A stretch of DNA of 64,000 nucleotides from an uncultured Eubacteriales bacterium (GCA_948543815.1 CAOVHW010000002.1:13888-77887), one strand, 5' to 3'. Counted from the stretch's first letter, positions 27,901 to 38,520 are shown. The notes: a model not told the origin generated them from the letters alone. Numbers and translations: made by a program.

Positions 27901-30149
27901 ATTCGTCCCACCAATATTGTCATATCATCTTTAATAATATTTTTACTCTCATGCTTCGCATTTTCTATTATGTAATCTGAAATATCTTGTGGATTATTAC
28001 TGTCTAAAGTAATTAATAAATCTAAGAGCCACTTCTTTTTATCAGAAATATTTTCGATTGTGTCAAAAACTCCATCCGTCATCATAATAATTATGTCGCC
28101 ATTCCGAAACTTTTTGCTAAAAAATTCATACTCAATATTGTTTAAAATTCCTATTGGCAATGACGAGGATTTTATTGTCTGTAAAAATCCGTCACGAAAT
28201 AAAAATGAAGTTGTCGCACCTGTTTTAATAAATTCACCGCTACCATTAAATAAATCGATAAAACAAATATCTAATGTTGAGAAAGAATCTTCGTTACTTT
28301 TGAGAACGAGAATGGAATTTATCATTTTGATAGCAATATTTTTGTCAAAGCCAGCTTCCATAAAATCTTCAAATAATTCTACGGTTGCAACGCTTTCAGT
28401 TTTAGCGCGACTACCAGAACCCATTCCATCTGATAAAACTAAAGCGAATTGATTATTTTTCAATTCCATAACGGAATAGCAATCTCCAGATTCATTGCTA
28501 TCAATTTTAGTTAAACGTGAGACACCAGTTGTGACAAAAAATTTTTGGCGCTCAACAAATTTTAAGACAGAAAATCCACCGATAAAAGTTTGTTTATCTA
28601 GCATAATATTTTTATTTAATTCATTGCTAAGTATGGACGAAATTTTTTTTACGGTTGATTTATCGGCATGGGATTTGAAATTGATAATAACTTCGTAGCG
28701 ATTGTTTTTATTTTTTATTGCAGTTATGGATTCGAAATTAAATTTTTCGAGTGCGGCAGAAATTTTTTCTTCGAGCGTATTATCAAATCGCATGTCTAAA
28801 TTCAATTCATCAGCTAAATTATTTATAACGTCGGAGACGCCAAAAAGTTGTTGAGAGATTAACTCACGGCTTTCAATAATTTTATTGTTCCACGCCAAAT
28901 TTATTTTGTAGATTTCAAATAATTTATTTGTAGTGTCGACAAATTTACCGAGATTGACGCAATTAGTTCTAAAATCGTCAGCGATATTATTTATGGTGAC
29001 GTAGCCTTTTTTTTCGCATGCACTTAATATACCGAAGACGGTTTGATATGTATCGTAAAAATTATTTTCCCAGCAAAATTTTTTCATACTGCAATTATTA
29101 CAGGTTTTAACGGCGATATTGTCAATTAATTTTGAAATATCTTTTCGGTCAAGCGATGGTTTTTTTTCAGAAATGCTGTTAAAAGTTACGGCCAATTTTT
29201 TAAATGAATCGCCAAAAGATTTTAAGCGATAGTTGACCGTATTTTTAATGTAGTCCAAATATTCGTTTTCAAGTTTATTTTTTTTGGTTACAAATTCTGT
29301 CGGCAACAAAAAAAATAATGCGGTACAAATAAAAAATTCTAAGAGTAAATTTTTTTTCATCAAAGATGGTTGAATATAAAAAATAATTGTCGGCGCGGCA
29401 AACGCCAATGTAATTATGTTTGCTAATTTATTTTTAAAAACGCCGCAAAAAATTCCGCAAGCTGCAATTATAACAATTTCATTAAAATTAATCAGCCCGC
29501 ACAAATTTAAAATTATGCCTAAAATTAATCCGAACATTGAACTATAACTACTGCCATAATTATTTCCAATGACAAATAAAATAAAAATGAGAAAAATATT
29601 TAACACACAAAGATTACCGATATAAAAATCATTTGTTCCGGCAATTGTTGTGCCTAAAACAATTGCGATGCTTATTAAATCATCCGTATTCAAATTTGTT
29701 TGATTGCTGTAAAAAAAATTAAACGCCGGATTAAAAATATATACGAGAAAAAAAATTAGAAAACATTCGATAAGATTTACGAAAAGAATAAAATTTCCGC
29801 CGCCCGAAAATATTAATGCTGAAAAAATTGTGGATAAAAATATACAAAATGCTTTGACGAATAATTTTTTTTTGCCACTCATAAAAATATTTATTATCAA
29901 CATGAAAAATATGCTCAATAAATATTTTCCCAAATAAATGCCGGATAACTTCGTAAATAATCCTATCGCGGTCGCTAGTGCACAAAAATAAAAATTTATA
30001 CTCCCTAAAAATAATCCTAAATATGAAATCGCAAATGGATTTAAAAATTTAAAAACTACTACGCGCGATATGAAAAAATTTATCAAAATTAATGCTAATG
30101 AAATTAGCTCACGTCTATTAATTTTTGTTTGCACCGATATATTTTGCAC
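27885..30149 (-). CDS. spoIIE: stage II sporulation protein E (membrane PP2C phosphatase)
   Basis: About 300 aa of multi-TM N-terminus, a central region, and a C-terminal PP2C domain (GDCYSV...LSDGMGSGSRA...MMTDGV...DDMTILVGRI). The GTG start follows GGAGGAG. Confidence 0.9.
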   Translation of the reverse strand: MQNISVQTKINRRELISLALILINFFISRVVVFKFLNPFAISYLGLFLGSINFYFCALATAIGLFTKLSGIYLGKYLLSIFFMLIINIFMSGKKKLFVKAFCIFLSTIFSALIFSGGGNFILFVNLIECFLIFFLVYIFNPAFNFFYSNQTNLNTDDLISIAIVLGTTIAGTNDFYIGNLCVLNIFLIFILFVIGNNYGSSYSSMFGLILGIILNLCGLINFNEIVIIAACGIFCGVFKNKLANIITLAFAAPTIIFYIQPSLMKKNLLLEFFICTALFFLLPTEFVTKKNKLENEYLDYIKNTVNYRLKSFGDSFKKLAVTFNSISEKKPSLDRKDISKLIDNIAVKTCNNCSMKKFCWENNFYDTYQTVFGILSACEKKGYVTINNIADDFRTNCVNLGKFVDTTNKLFEIYKINLAWNNKIIESRELISQQLFGVSDVINNLADELNLDMRFDNTLEEKISAALEKFNFESITAIKNKNNRYEVIINFKSHADKSTVKKISSILSNELNKNIMLDKQTFIGGFSVLKFVERQKFFVTTGVSRLTKIDSNESGDCYSVMELKNNQFALVLSDGMGSGSRAKTESVATVELFEDFMEAGFDKNIAIKMINSILVLKSNEDSFSTLDICFIDLFNGSGEFIKTGATTSFLFRDGFLQTIKSSSLPIGILNNIEYEFFSKKFRNGDIIIMMTDGVFDTIENISDKKKWLLDLLITLDSNNPQDISDYIIENAKHESKNIIKDDMTILVGRIWEKI

Positions 30150-30266
30150 AAGATCTCCTCCTGTGCAAATTATATTTTCGTCTGTGATAATTATTTGTAA
30201 TTTTTTATCGGATTGCTTTAATTTTTATTGACAAAATTTACGCTGAATCAACGTTTTATTTTTTTA

Positions 30267-31019
30267 TCAAAAATTAATTTGAAATAATTTTTTTGCGTTA
30301 TCTTCAGTAATTTTTGCAACTTCATCATGCGAAATATTTTTTAGCTGTGAAATTTCTTCGACAACATATTTCAAATTTGATGAATCATTTCGTTTGCCAC
30401 GATTTGGTTCCGGTGAAAGATATGGGCAATCAGTTTCAATTAAAATTTTTTCAAGCGGAATTTGTTCGACAACTTCCGCTAATTTTTTTGTATTCTTAAA
30501 CGTTATTACGCCGCCAATTCCAATGTAAAATCCAAATTTTATATATTCCAATGCCATTTGTAAATTTCCACTGTAACAATGAATGACGCCATTTGTTTTT
30601 GCACATTCTTTTATAATTTGAAACGTATCATTTTGTGCGTCGCGGCTATGAATTATTATTGGCAAATTCATTTCATTTGCGAGCACAATTTGTTTTTTAA
30701 ACAATTCAATTTGTTTATCGCGCGAAAAATTTTCATAGTGATAGTCAAGACCAATTTCTCCAATCGCTTTGACTTTTTTATGTGCGGCAAGATTTTTTAG
30801 TTTGTCAATATCATTTTCACTTTCAACATTTTCCGGATGAATGCCGACAGCAGCATAAATAAAATCAAATTTATCTGCTAACTGCAAAGATTTTTCTGAA
30901 GAATTTAAATCTGCTCCACAATTTATTATGCAATCAATTTCTTTTAAATTTGTAAGTAAATCAGTGCGATCACTATCAAATTTTGTATCATCATAGTGTG
31001 CATGAGAATCAAAATACAT
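30267..31019 (-). CDS. TatD-family metal-dependent hydrolase
   Basis: MYFDSHAHYDD...GEIGLDYHY...IIHSRDA...ETDCPYL motifs. Confidence 0.9.
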   Translation of the reverse strand: MYFDSHAHYDDTKFDSDRTDLLTNLKEIDCIINCGADLNSSEKSLQLADKFDFIYAAVGIHPENVESENDIDKLKNLAAHKKVKAIGEIGLDYHYENFSRDKQIELFKKQIVLANEMNLPIIIHSRDAQNDTFQIIKECAKTNGVIHCYSGNLQMALEYIKFGFYIGIGGVITFKNTKKLAEVVEQIPLEKILIETDCPYLSPEPNRGKRNDSSNLKYVVEEISQLKNISHDEVAKITEDNAKKLFQINF

Positions 31020-31068
31020 TTTTAATCACCTTTGGTTTTAAAAAATTTTTTACTGCATATTTTATAAC

Positions 31069-34000
31069 TTGATGATTATAAATGATGGAGTGAAAAATTT
31101 GTATAACGATGAATCGCAAAATGATTTCGAATTTATCGTCAAATATAGTGGCGGTATTAAAAAAATTGCGGACGATTTAGATATCCCTATCGAAATTTTA
31201 AATGATAATTATGCAATCGTTTTGGCTGAGCCACAAAAAATAAATTTGTTGGCTTCATACAGTGAAATTGAATATATAGAACGTGCTAAACTTTTAGGAA
31301 TCGTCAACAATTTACTTTCTTCATGTATTTCATCCGTACAAAATAATTTAGGATTGACGGGAAAAGGCACATTGATTGCGATAATTGATACGGGCGTTAA
31401 TATTAAGCTTAAAGAATTTTTAAATGATGATGGCTCATCACGAATTTTATTTTACTGGGACCAAACGTTAAGTAATAATCCGCCTGATGGATTTTTGAGT
31501 GGTACTGAATATACAAAAAATGATTTGGATAAAATTTTGCAAAGTGGTGAAGATTTCGTTAGCTCAGATTTTAACGGACATGGCACGATGGTTGCATCAA
31601 TTGCTGCTGGAAATGGTCGAACAAATCGAAATGTAAAAGGTGTGGCAGTTGATGCCGAACTAATTGTTGTCAAACTCGATAGTAATCGCCCGCTCACAAC
31701 TCAATTAATGCGTGGCGTAAAATATTGCGTGGATAAAGCAAAAAAATTACAAAAACCTTTGGCAATAAACATAAGTTTTGGGACAAATAATGGTGCACAC
31801 GATGGAAAAAGTTTGTTTGAATCGTACATAAATGAAGTTGCGCAGGAAGGTGTCCTCTCAATAATTGTTGCGACTGGGAACGAAGGTAATGCTTCTCATC
31901 ATTATGCCAATAAAATTTCGCAGGGACAAACTCTTGACGTTGAATTTGTTGTGAGCGGCGGCGCGAATGCTTTATTTTTAACAATGTGGAAATCATTTGT
32001 CGATAAATTTTCGTTAGAAATAATTGCACCCAACGGACGAACAACCGGTAAAATAAATTTTAGTGAGTCCGAATTTTTAATTGACGATATCAAAGTTTAT
32101 ATTTTTTACAACGACCCAACTCCATATAATTTTGACCAAGAAATTTATTTTCAATTTGTAAGCACTAAAAATATGTTGACAGAAGGAACGTGGACTTTAC
32201 GAATTTACGGTGAAGAAATTGTTGACGGTGAATTTAATATTTGGCTGCCGATAAACGAAGTTTCAACTGGCAATACAAAATTTTTAAATTCTACTACTGA
32301 TATTACTTTAACGCTGCCGTCTACAGCTGAAAATGTTATAAGTGTTGGTGGATATGATGCAAATTTAAATTCAATGGCAAATTTTTCAGGACGTGGCTAT
32401 ACGCGAAACGGTTTAATAAAACCAGACATTGTTGCGCCGGCCGTCGACGTTTCAGTTATAAATACAAATGGAAATGTTGAGAGTGCATCAGGTACAAGTT
32501 TAGCCGCGCCATTTGTTACAGGTGCGGCAGCTTTAATGATGGAGTGGGGGATTGTCAAAAAAAATGACCCATATTTATACGGACAAAAATTAAAAGCGTA
32601 TTTAAGATTAGGTGCGAATCGTAAAAAAAATATTTCTTTTCCGAATAATCAATGGGGATTTGGCTCACTTTGTTTGCAAAAAACTTTCGACTATTTACAA
32701 AACAGTCAAGTCTATTCCGCACAAAATTTTATTAACGGTGAGAATGCTGTAATGTCAGAAGATTATTTTGAAATGATTGTCAAGTATAACGATTATGTTG
32801 GTGACCTGTTGAAAAAATCTTCTTACATAAAAAATTGTGCCGTGTTAAATAATAATTATGTGATAATAAATGTTCCAATGGATAAAATTGAAGAATTTTT
32901 AAAAACTATTTATCCAAAAATTATTGCCGAGTGGCCCGCAATTTTAACACTAATGGATAAAAAAAGTATGGATGCTTCAGGTATTACTGCCGTACAAAAT
33001 AATCCTTATTTAGATTTACGTGGTTCACAAGTTTTGATTGGTTTCGTTGACACGGGTATTGACTATACCAAAAAAAATTTTATTTATGAAGATGATACGA
33101 GTAAAATAATTTCTATCTGGGATCAGACTATTCAAGGTAATCCGCCAGAAAATTTTTGCTATGGCAGCGAATTTACTAATCAACAAATTAATCAAGCGCT
33201 TAAATCTGAAAATCCATTTGATATCGTAGCGCATCGTGATGAAATTGGCCATGGAACATTTTTGGCGTCATTAGCTGCTGGACGTGAAGATGGTGAAAAT
33301 ATTGGTGCGGCTCCCGATGCAGACTTGGTTATTGTAAAATTAAAACCTGCCAAAAATAATATTAGGCGTGGAAAATTAATTAGTGAGAATGCAATTGCGT
33401 TTCAAGCTTCTGATGTTCTATCAGGCATAGAATATTTATATCGAAAATCTTTACAGCTTGGTCGCCCAATTGCAATTTGTATTGGACTTGGAACAAATGA
33501 TGGTGCACATTTTGGTGAATCACTTTTCGAGCAATACATAACTGATATTTCAAAACAAAAGGGTACAATTTTATGTATTGCGGCCGGGAATGAAGGTAAT
33601 GCTCAAAATCATCTTCAAGGTAAATTATTAAATGTCGGTGATAAAAATGATATTGAGATAAATGTTTCACAAGGTAATGAAGGTTTTATATTTCAACTTT
33701 GGAATTTCCCGCCGAATAGAATTTCTTTGTCAGTTACATCACCAACAGGTGAATATATTGAGCGAGTTCCACCACGTGATAATTTTTATTCCACAACAAA
33801 ACTAACTCTTGAGGAGACAACGGTTACTATTGGCTATGAATTCAACAAAAATAGTTTGAGTAATCAATATTCAGCTGTAAGACTTGATAAACCAACTCCG
33901 GGCATATGGACAATAACTTTATATGGTGATATAATTTTAGATGGTTTATATTATGCATGGTTGCCGGTAAAAGGATTGCTGCATGAGGGAACATTTTTTT

Positions 34001-34431
34001 TGAACTCAACTTCTGAGTCAACAATTACGTCGCCCGCTACAACTTCAGGAGTAATATCGGTCGGTGCTTATGACATAAGCACGAATAATTTATATGTGGC
34101 AAGCAGTCGTGGCCCTAAACAATTTAATAAATTTGCTCCATCATTTGTAGCGCCGGGCGTAAATGTAACTGGATTATATCCGAGTGGCTATGGCGTAATG
34201 TCGGGAACAAGTGTTTCTGCCGCGATAACTACAGGTGCTTGCGCTTTACTTTTACAGTGGGCAATTGTCAATAATAATTCACCGTCAATGGATACTTTAA
34301 TTGCATGGAGCTATTTGATTCAGGGTTGTAGTCAGCAATCTGGTTTTATTTATCCGAATAATCAATGGGGATATGGCAAGCTTAATTTACTTAATACGTT
34401 TGAGTCGTTAAAGTTAATGCCGCTGCCATAA
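31069..34431 (+). CDS. CspBA-like fusion of two germination-type subtilisin (S8) proteases
   Basis: There are two tandem units. Each has a Csp-type prodomain (FEFIVKYSGGI...NDNYAIVL...IEYIE and YFEMIVKYNDYV...NNNYVIINVP) plus an S8 domain. Unit 1 triad: IIDTGV, HGTMVAS, SGTSLAAP. Unit 2 triad: VDTGID, GHGTFLAS, SGTSVSAA. An alternative in-frame TTG start at 31099 follows GGAGTG. Confidence 0.8.
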   Translation: MMIINDGVKNLYNDESQNDFEFIVKYSGGIKKIADDLDIPIEILNDNYAIVLAEPQKINLLASYSEIEYIERAKLLGIVNNLLSSCISSVQNNLGLTGKGTLIAIIDTGVNIKLKEFLNDDGSSRILFYWDQTLSNNPPDGFLSGTEYTKNDLDKILQSGEDFVSSDFNGHGTMVASIAAGNGRTNRNVKGVAVDAELIVVKLDSNRPLTTQLMRGVKYCVDKAKKLQKPLAINISFGTNNGAHDGKSLFESYINEVAQEGVLSIIVATGNEGNASHHYANKISQGQTLDVEFVVSGGANALFLTMWKSFVDKFSLEIIAPNGRTTGKINFSESEFLIDDIKVYIFYNDPTPYNFDQEIYFQFVSTKNMLTEGTWTLRIYGEEIVDGEFNIWLPINEVSTGNTKFLNSTTDITLTLPSTAENVISVGGYDANLNSMANFSGRGYTRNGLIKPDIVAPAVDVSVINTNGNVESASGTSLAAPFVTGAAALMMEWGIVKKNDPYLYGQKLKAYLRLGANRKKNISFPNNQWGFGSLCLQKTFDYLQNSQVYSAQNFINGENAVMSEDYFEMIVKYNDYVGDLLKKSSYIKNCAVLNNNYVIINVPMDKIEEFLKTIYPKIIAEWPAILTLMDKKSMDASGITAVQNNPYLDLRGSQVLIGFVDTGIDYTKKNFIYEDDTSKIISIWDQTIQGNPPENFCYGSEFTNQQINQALKSENPFDIVAHRDEIGHGTFLASLAAGREDGENIGAAPDADLVIVKLKPAKNNIRRGKLISENAIAFQASDVLSGIEYLYRKSLQLGRPIAICIGLGTNDGAHFGESLFEQYITDISKQKGTILCIAAGNEGNAQNHLQGKLLNVGDKNDIEINVSQGNEGFIFQLWNFPPNRISLSVTSPTGEYIERVPPRDNFYSTTKLTLEETTVTIGYEFNKNSLSNQYSAVRLDKPTPGIWTITLYGDIILDGLYYAWLPVKGLLHEGTFFLNSTSESTITSPATTSGVISVGAYDISTNNLYVASSRGPKQFNKFAPSFVAPGVNVTGLYPSGYGVMSGTSVSAAITTGACALLLQWAIVNNNSPSMDTLIAWSYLIQGCSQQSGFIYPNNQWGYGKLNLLNTFESLKLMPLP

Positions 34432-34446
34432 CAATAGGAGGAACTT

Positions 34447-35808
34447 ATGCAGAAAAATTTTAAGCATATATATATGATAGGAATTGGCGGAATAAGTATG
34501 AGCGCAATAGCAGAATATTTGACAATGAATAATTACAAAGTTTCGGGTTCAGATCGCACGGAATCATCAATAACACAGCGTTTGAGAAATAAAAATGTAA
34601 ATATTTATATTGGGCATGATGAAAAAAATTTGGATGAAACAGTTGATTTAGTTGTTTATACTGCTGCGATACATGACGATAATCCAGAATTTATTAAGGC
34701 AAAAAAACTTGGCATAAAGATGGTTAATCGTGCAAAATTTCTTGGGATGATAATGGATGATTATAAATATTCAGTGGCAGTTGCTGGTTCGCATGGTAAA
34801 ACTTCTGTGACGGCAATGATTTCAGAAATTTTATTGACTGCGCAAAAAGATCCGACAATATTTCTTGGTGGAATTTTATCGTCCATAAATGAAAATTTTC
34901 GTATGGGTCATTCAGATTATTTTGTTATGGAAGCATGTGAATATTGTGATAGCTTTTTGAATTTTTTCCCTAAGATTGGGGTAATAAATAATATAGATTT
35001 GGATCACGTGGATTATTTCAAAAGTTTGGAGCAAATGGAAAAATCATTTGAAAAATTTGCGCAAAATGTTAAAGATGATGGCGCTGTAATTATTAACGAA
35101 AATTATAAAAATGTAATTGGAAGTCAACAAAAAAAAGTTGTAACTTTCGGTAATGCAAACGCTGATTGGCGCGTAGAAGATTTGATTTTTGATGAAAATC
35201 AATGTGCAAAATTTTCTGCCGTGAGTAATGATTTAAGAATCGATGAAATTAAATTAAAAGTCCCCGGACATTTTAATGTTTTGAATTCACTTGCAGCAAT
35301 TAGTGCAGCTTGTGAGTTACAAATAGATAAAAAATGTATAAAAAATGCGCTGGAAAATTTTCATGGCGCACAAAGAAGATTTGAATTTAAAGGAATTTTT
35401 CGCGGTGCAAAAATATTTGATGATTACGCACATCATCCAAATGAAATCAAAGAAACTATATCGGCAGTGAAAAAAATGTCGTACAATAATTTGTGGTGCG
35501 TTTTTCAGCCGCATACATATACGCGTACAAAAATGTTTTTGAATGATTTTGCAAAAGTTTTGTTTAACGCCGGGAATGTAATTTTGGCAGATATTTATGC
35601 GGCGCGTGAAAAAAATATTTATGGTATAAGTTCAAAAGATTTGGCAAATAAAATAAAAGAATTTGGTGGTAATGCAATTTATTTTGATTCATTTGACGAA
35701 ATTGCAAATTATCTTGAAGATAAAATTTCAGAAAATGATTTAATTGTTACGATTGGTGCTGGAGATATTTATAAAGTTGGAGAAAAATTATTACAGATAA
35801 AATGTTAA
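34447..35808 (+). CDS. murC: UDP-N-acetylmuramate--L-alanine ligase
   Basis: IYMIGIGGISMSAIAEYL...VAVAGSHGKTS...DDYAHHPNEI are Mur ligase motifs. AGGAGG lies upstream. Confidence 0.95.
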   Translation: MQKNFKHIYMIGIGGISMSAIAEYLTMNNYKVSGSDRTESSITQRLRNKNVNIYIGHDEKNLDETVDLVVYTAAIHDDNPEFIKAKKLGIKMVNRAKFLGMIMDDYKYSVAVAGSHGKTSVTAMISEILLTAQKDPTIFLGGILSSINENFRMGHSDYFVMEACEYCDSFLNFFPKIGVINNIDLDHVDYFKSLEQMEKSFEKFAQNVKDDGAVIINENYKNVIGSQQKKVVTFGNANADWRVEDLIFDENQCAKFSAVSNDLRIDEIKLKVPGHFNVLNSLAAISAACELQIDKKCIKNALENFHGAQRRFEFKGIFRGAKIFDDYAHHPNEIKETISAVKKMSYNNLWCVFQPHTYTRTKMFLNDFAKVLFNAGNVILADIYAAREKNIYGISSKDLANKIKEFGGNAIYFDSFDEIANYLEDKISENDLIVTIGAGDIYKVGEKLLQIKC

Positions 35809-35831
35809 GATTTTATTAAAAAAAAAGTAAC

Positions 35832-35912
35832 CAAAAAATCTTTGTGTGAACTCACACAAAGATTTTTTATAAAGTTCTTTTAGTTCTTTTCTTGCAAGAA
35901 AAGAACGGTTTT
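35832..35912 (+). repeat. bipartite hairpin element, copy B
   Basis: AAAAAATCTTTGTG-tgaact-CACAAAGATTTTTTATAAAGTT, then GTTCTTTTCTT-gc-AAGAAAAGAAC+GGTTTTA. The first hairpin plus T-run probably also terminates murC. Confidence 0.55.
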
Positions 35913-35936
35913 ATTTTTATTCAAAAGGTGATATTT

Positions 35937-36542
35937 ATGTACAAAAAAATTTGTCACATAGTTGGTGCGGGTGAATTTGTAAATTTTTCGCCAGCTAAAA
36001 ATGATATTGTAATTGCGGTTGATGGTGGATATGAATATTTGAAAAATGCGAATATAAAACCAAATCTTTTGATTGGCGATTTTGATTCGATAAAAATTAT
36101 TCCAGATGAAATAAAAAAAATAAAATTACCGACGGAAAAAGATTTTACGGATACTTATGCTGCAATTTGTGAGGGAATTAAATTTGGTTGCGAAATTTTT
36201 CATATTTATGGTGGAATTGGCGGACGAATTTCTCATACGCTTGCAAATATTCAGTTGTTAGCAAATTTTTCTGCACAAAAATTAAAGTGTTATTTACATG
36301 CAAAAGATTGGACAATGACGGCAATCACTAATGATAAAATTTTATTTGACGAAAAATATAAAGGTTATATATCAATATTTTCACACACTGATAAATCATT
36401 TGGTGTAAATATAATTGGATTGAAATATGAATTACAAAATGCAATTATTTCAAATAAATTTCCTCTTGGTATAAGCAATGAATTTATTCAAAAAAAGTCA
36501 ATAGTTTCAGTTGAAAATGGAACATTGATTATTGTTTGCTGA
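35937..36542 (+). CDS. thiN: thiamine diphosphokinase
   Basis: IVGAGEF...VIAVDGGY...LIGDFDS...GGIGGRISHTLANI is the TPK pattern. The start at 35937 follows AAAGGTGA. Confidence 0.85.
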   Translation: MYKKICHIVGAGEFVNFSPAKNDIVIAVDGGYEYLKNANIKPNLLIGDFDSIKIIPDEIKKIKLPTEKDFTDTYAAICEGIKFGCEIFHIYGGIGGRISHTLANIQLLANFSAQKLKCYLHAKDWTMTAITNDKILFDEKYKGYISIFSHTDKSFGVNIIGLKYELQNAIISNKFPLGISNEFIQKKSIVSVENGTLIIVC

Positions 36543-36549
36543 AATAAAT

Positions 36550-36579
36550 TTGACATATGAATATTTTTTGTGATATATT
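36550..36579 (+). promoter_or_regulatory. near-consensus sigma-A promoter with extended -10
   Basis: TTGACA (36550-36555), an 18-nt spacer, then TGaTATATT (hexamer at 36574-36579). It lies about 50 nt upstream of AAGGAG and the ATG at 36629. Confidence 0.5.
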
Positions 36580-36628
36580 ACATATTAGATACAAATGTAA
36601 ATTTAATTAAAAAAAGGAGTGATTTAAT

Positions 36629-38410
36629 ATGACTGAACCGATGAATGCTCATTTAAGATCTTGGGAAAAGGTAAGAGATATTATAAGTTTAAACGCTACT
36701 GGTGTATTTATGTATCCAGGTGCAGATTGTAATGAGCTTTTTTTTGCACTTACGAGTATTCTGAACTATCGTCACGCAGACTCCAAGGAAAAGACTTTAA
36801 ATTTAGGAATAACTTCTTACCAGCCTTTTTATACGTTACAAATATTTTTATCAAGTGTTGGTATTAAATCTGGTGAAGAGATAAAAAGCTTGCATACGAG
36901 AAAAGAATATCCTAAAGAATTATTAAATGCAATTAATAAGTATTTTCAATTTTGTGTTGATTTTTTTAGAGAAATAGTAAAAGATTCACGTGTTTTAAAT
37001 AAAATTATTTATGATAATTATTTTAATATACAAGGTCAAACAGATTTTTTAGTTGACTTTCCGAAAAAAACACAAAAACCAAAAATGTTATATGTAGATT
37101 TTCCAAGAGCTCAAGAATTTGCTGATAGTGAAACAAAACGCATTATTACTGTATGTCAGCTTGTTGCATATTATGATCATAGTTGGTTTGATTCTAGTGA
37201 ACCACCGGATGAAGCTACGTGTAGATTTTGGATTGCAATTGATAGTTTATTAACAGAAGAACAAAGTAATAGATTATCTTACATTAATAATGCTGATATC
37301 AATGAATTAACTGAGGCAGAAAGAAATTTAAGGGAAAGACTTAATTCGCAAGATTTTCGCGATATGGTTATTAATTATCAAGAAAATACATTTCAAGAAT
37401 TAACAAATTATACAGAGATAGTAAACGGTGAAACTATTATTAAACGTTTGCCAGATAAAAATAGATTTCAAAGGATTATGTATTTACCAGATAAAGATTT
37501 AACTACTGAAGAAAAATCTCTTAAAGATGCTTTTTTGCAAGAAGCAGCTAAAGCAAACAATTCAGAATGGGCAAAAAAATTTATTAATTCTCTTGATGAA
37601 CCGAAGCAAATTGAAATGCCAAAAGAACTCCAAAATGCAATGTCAACAATTGATTCAGTGGATAATACAAAAATTAATGTTATAGTAGAAGATAATGTTT
37701 TGGATAGTATTTATGATGATTTTACAAACAAATTTTTTGAATTTGCAGAAAAAAATATGTCAAGAAAACAATTATTATCTTCATTGCATTCTAATAAAGA
37801 TTTTATGTTAATGTTTTCACGGGCAAAAGGTTCAGGATTTTTAAAATATTGTTCTAGTGGAGAAATAACAGCAAAAGATTTTAAAAGTGAAGATGATTTT
37901 ATTCAGGCTATTAGTTCCCAATTGAAAATTTATCCTGATGATAAGCGGCAAGAAATTTTAAATAAACTTTTAGATAAAAAAAGTAAATTAAGTCCTAGTA
38001 TTAAAGAAAAATTAGAAATTGAATTTTTAGAATTACAAGATATAATGTTCGGCAATGCTCCTTTAAATGAAAAAACTTTACCAAAATTTTTATCTGAAAT
38101 ATATTTAATTTTTGGAAACGATTATGAAACAGCTTTTGCGATTTTAAAAAATTTTCAAAATGTTGCAGAAATTGATCCTTATGTGAAAAATTTTCTTAAT
38201 AAGTACAAAATTGAAATATTTCATATATCAATATTGAAAAGTTTAGATGTAAAAGGTGATTCTGATGAAATATTTAATATTATGTCAAAAGATTTACAAG
38301 AAAATCCACAACAAAAATTACATCATCCTTTAATATCAAGAAATAGTAATAATAAAACTGAAATGAAAAAATCACAAAAAACAAAAGTAAACACAAAAGA
38401 TTCAATTTAA
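36629..38410 (+). CDS. hypothetical protein (593 aa), no recognised domain
   Basis: Long ORF with a strong RBS (AAAAGGAGTG). It is soluble, with a K/E-rich tail. I found no convincing similarity to the MSE family or to any known motif. Confidence 0.7.
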   Translation: MTEPMNAHLRSWEKVRDIISLNATGVFMYPGADCNELFFALTSILNYRHADSKEKTLNLGITSYQPFYTLQIFLSSVGIKSGEEIKSLHTRKEYPKELLNAINKYFQFCVDFFREIVKDSRVLNKIIYDNYFNIQGQTDFLVDFPKKTQKPKMLYVDFPRAQEFADSETKRIITVCQLVAYYDHSWFDSSEPPDEATCRFWIAIDSLLTEEQSNRLSYINNADINELTEAERNLRERLNSQDFRDMVINYQENTFQELTNYTEIVNGETIIKRLPDKNRFQRIMYLPDKDLTTEEKSLKDAFLQEAAKANNSEWAKKFINSLDEPKQIEMPKELQNAMSTIDSVDNTKINVIVEDNVLDSIYDDFTNKFFEFAEKNMSRKQLLSSLHSNKDFMLMFSRAKGSGFLKYCSSGEITAKDFKSEDDFIQAISSQLKIYPDDKRQEILNKLLDKKSKLSPSIKEKLEIEFLELQDIMFGNAPLNEKTLPKFLSEIYLIFGNDYETAFAILKNFQNVAEIDPYVKNFLNKYKIEIFHISILKSLDVKGDSDEIFNIMSKDLQENPQQKLHHPLISRNSNNKTEMKKSQKTKVNTKDSI

Positions 38411-38458
38411 ATTTATTTATTGCCAAAAAAACTATTTAACGTTTTTAATTTTATTAAT

Positions 38459-38500
38459 AAAAAAGCAGCTGATAAATTATTTTTTATCAGCTGCTTTTTA
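38459..38500. terminator. bidirectional rho-independent terminator
   Basis: AAAAGCAGCTGATAAA-ttatt-TTTATCAGCTGCTTTT, a 16-bp perfect stem between convergent genes. Confidence 0.7.
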
Positions 38501-38520
38501 TTTAAGTTAACCAATATTTA

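Noticed and set aside
29829-29837. Perfect DnaA-box sequence TGTGGATAA.
   Set aside because: It is a single occurrence inside the spoIIE coding region. No cluster of boxes or AT-rich unwinding element context was seen, so it is most likely chance.
30150-30266. Spo0A-box search upstream of spoIIE (TTCGTCT near 30176).
   Set aside because: It is only a partial match to TGNCGAA/TTCGNCA, and in AT-rich DNA it cannot be distinguished from chance.
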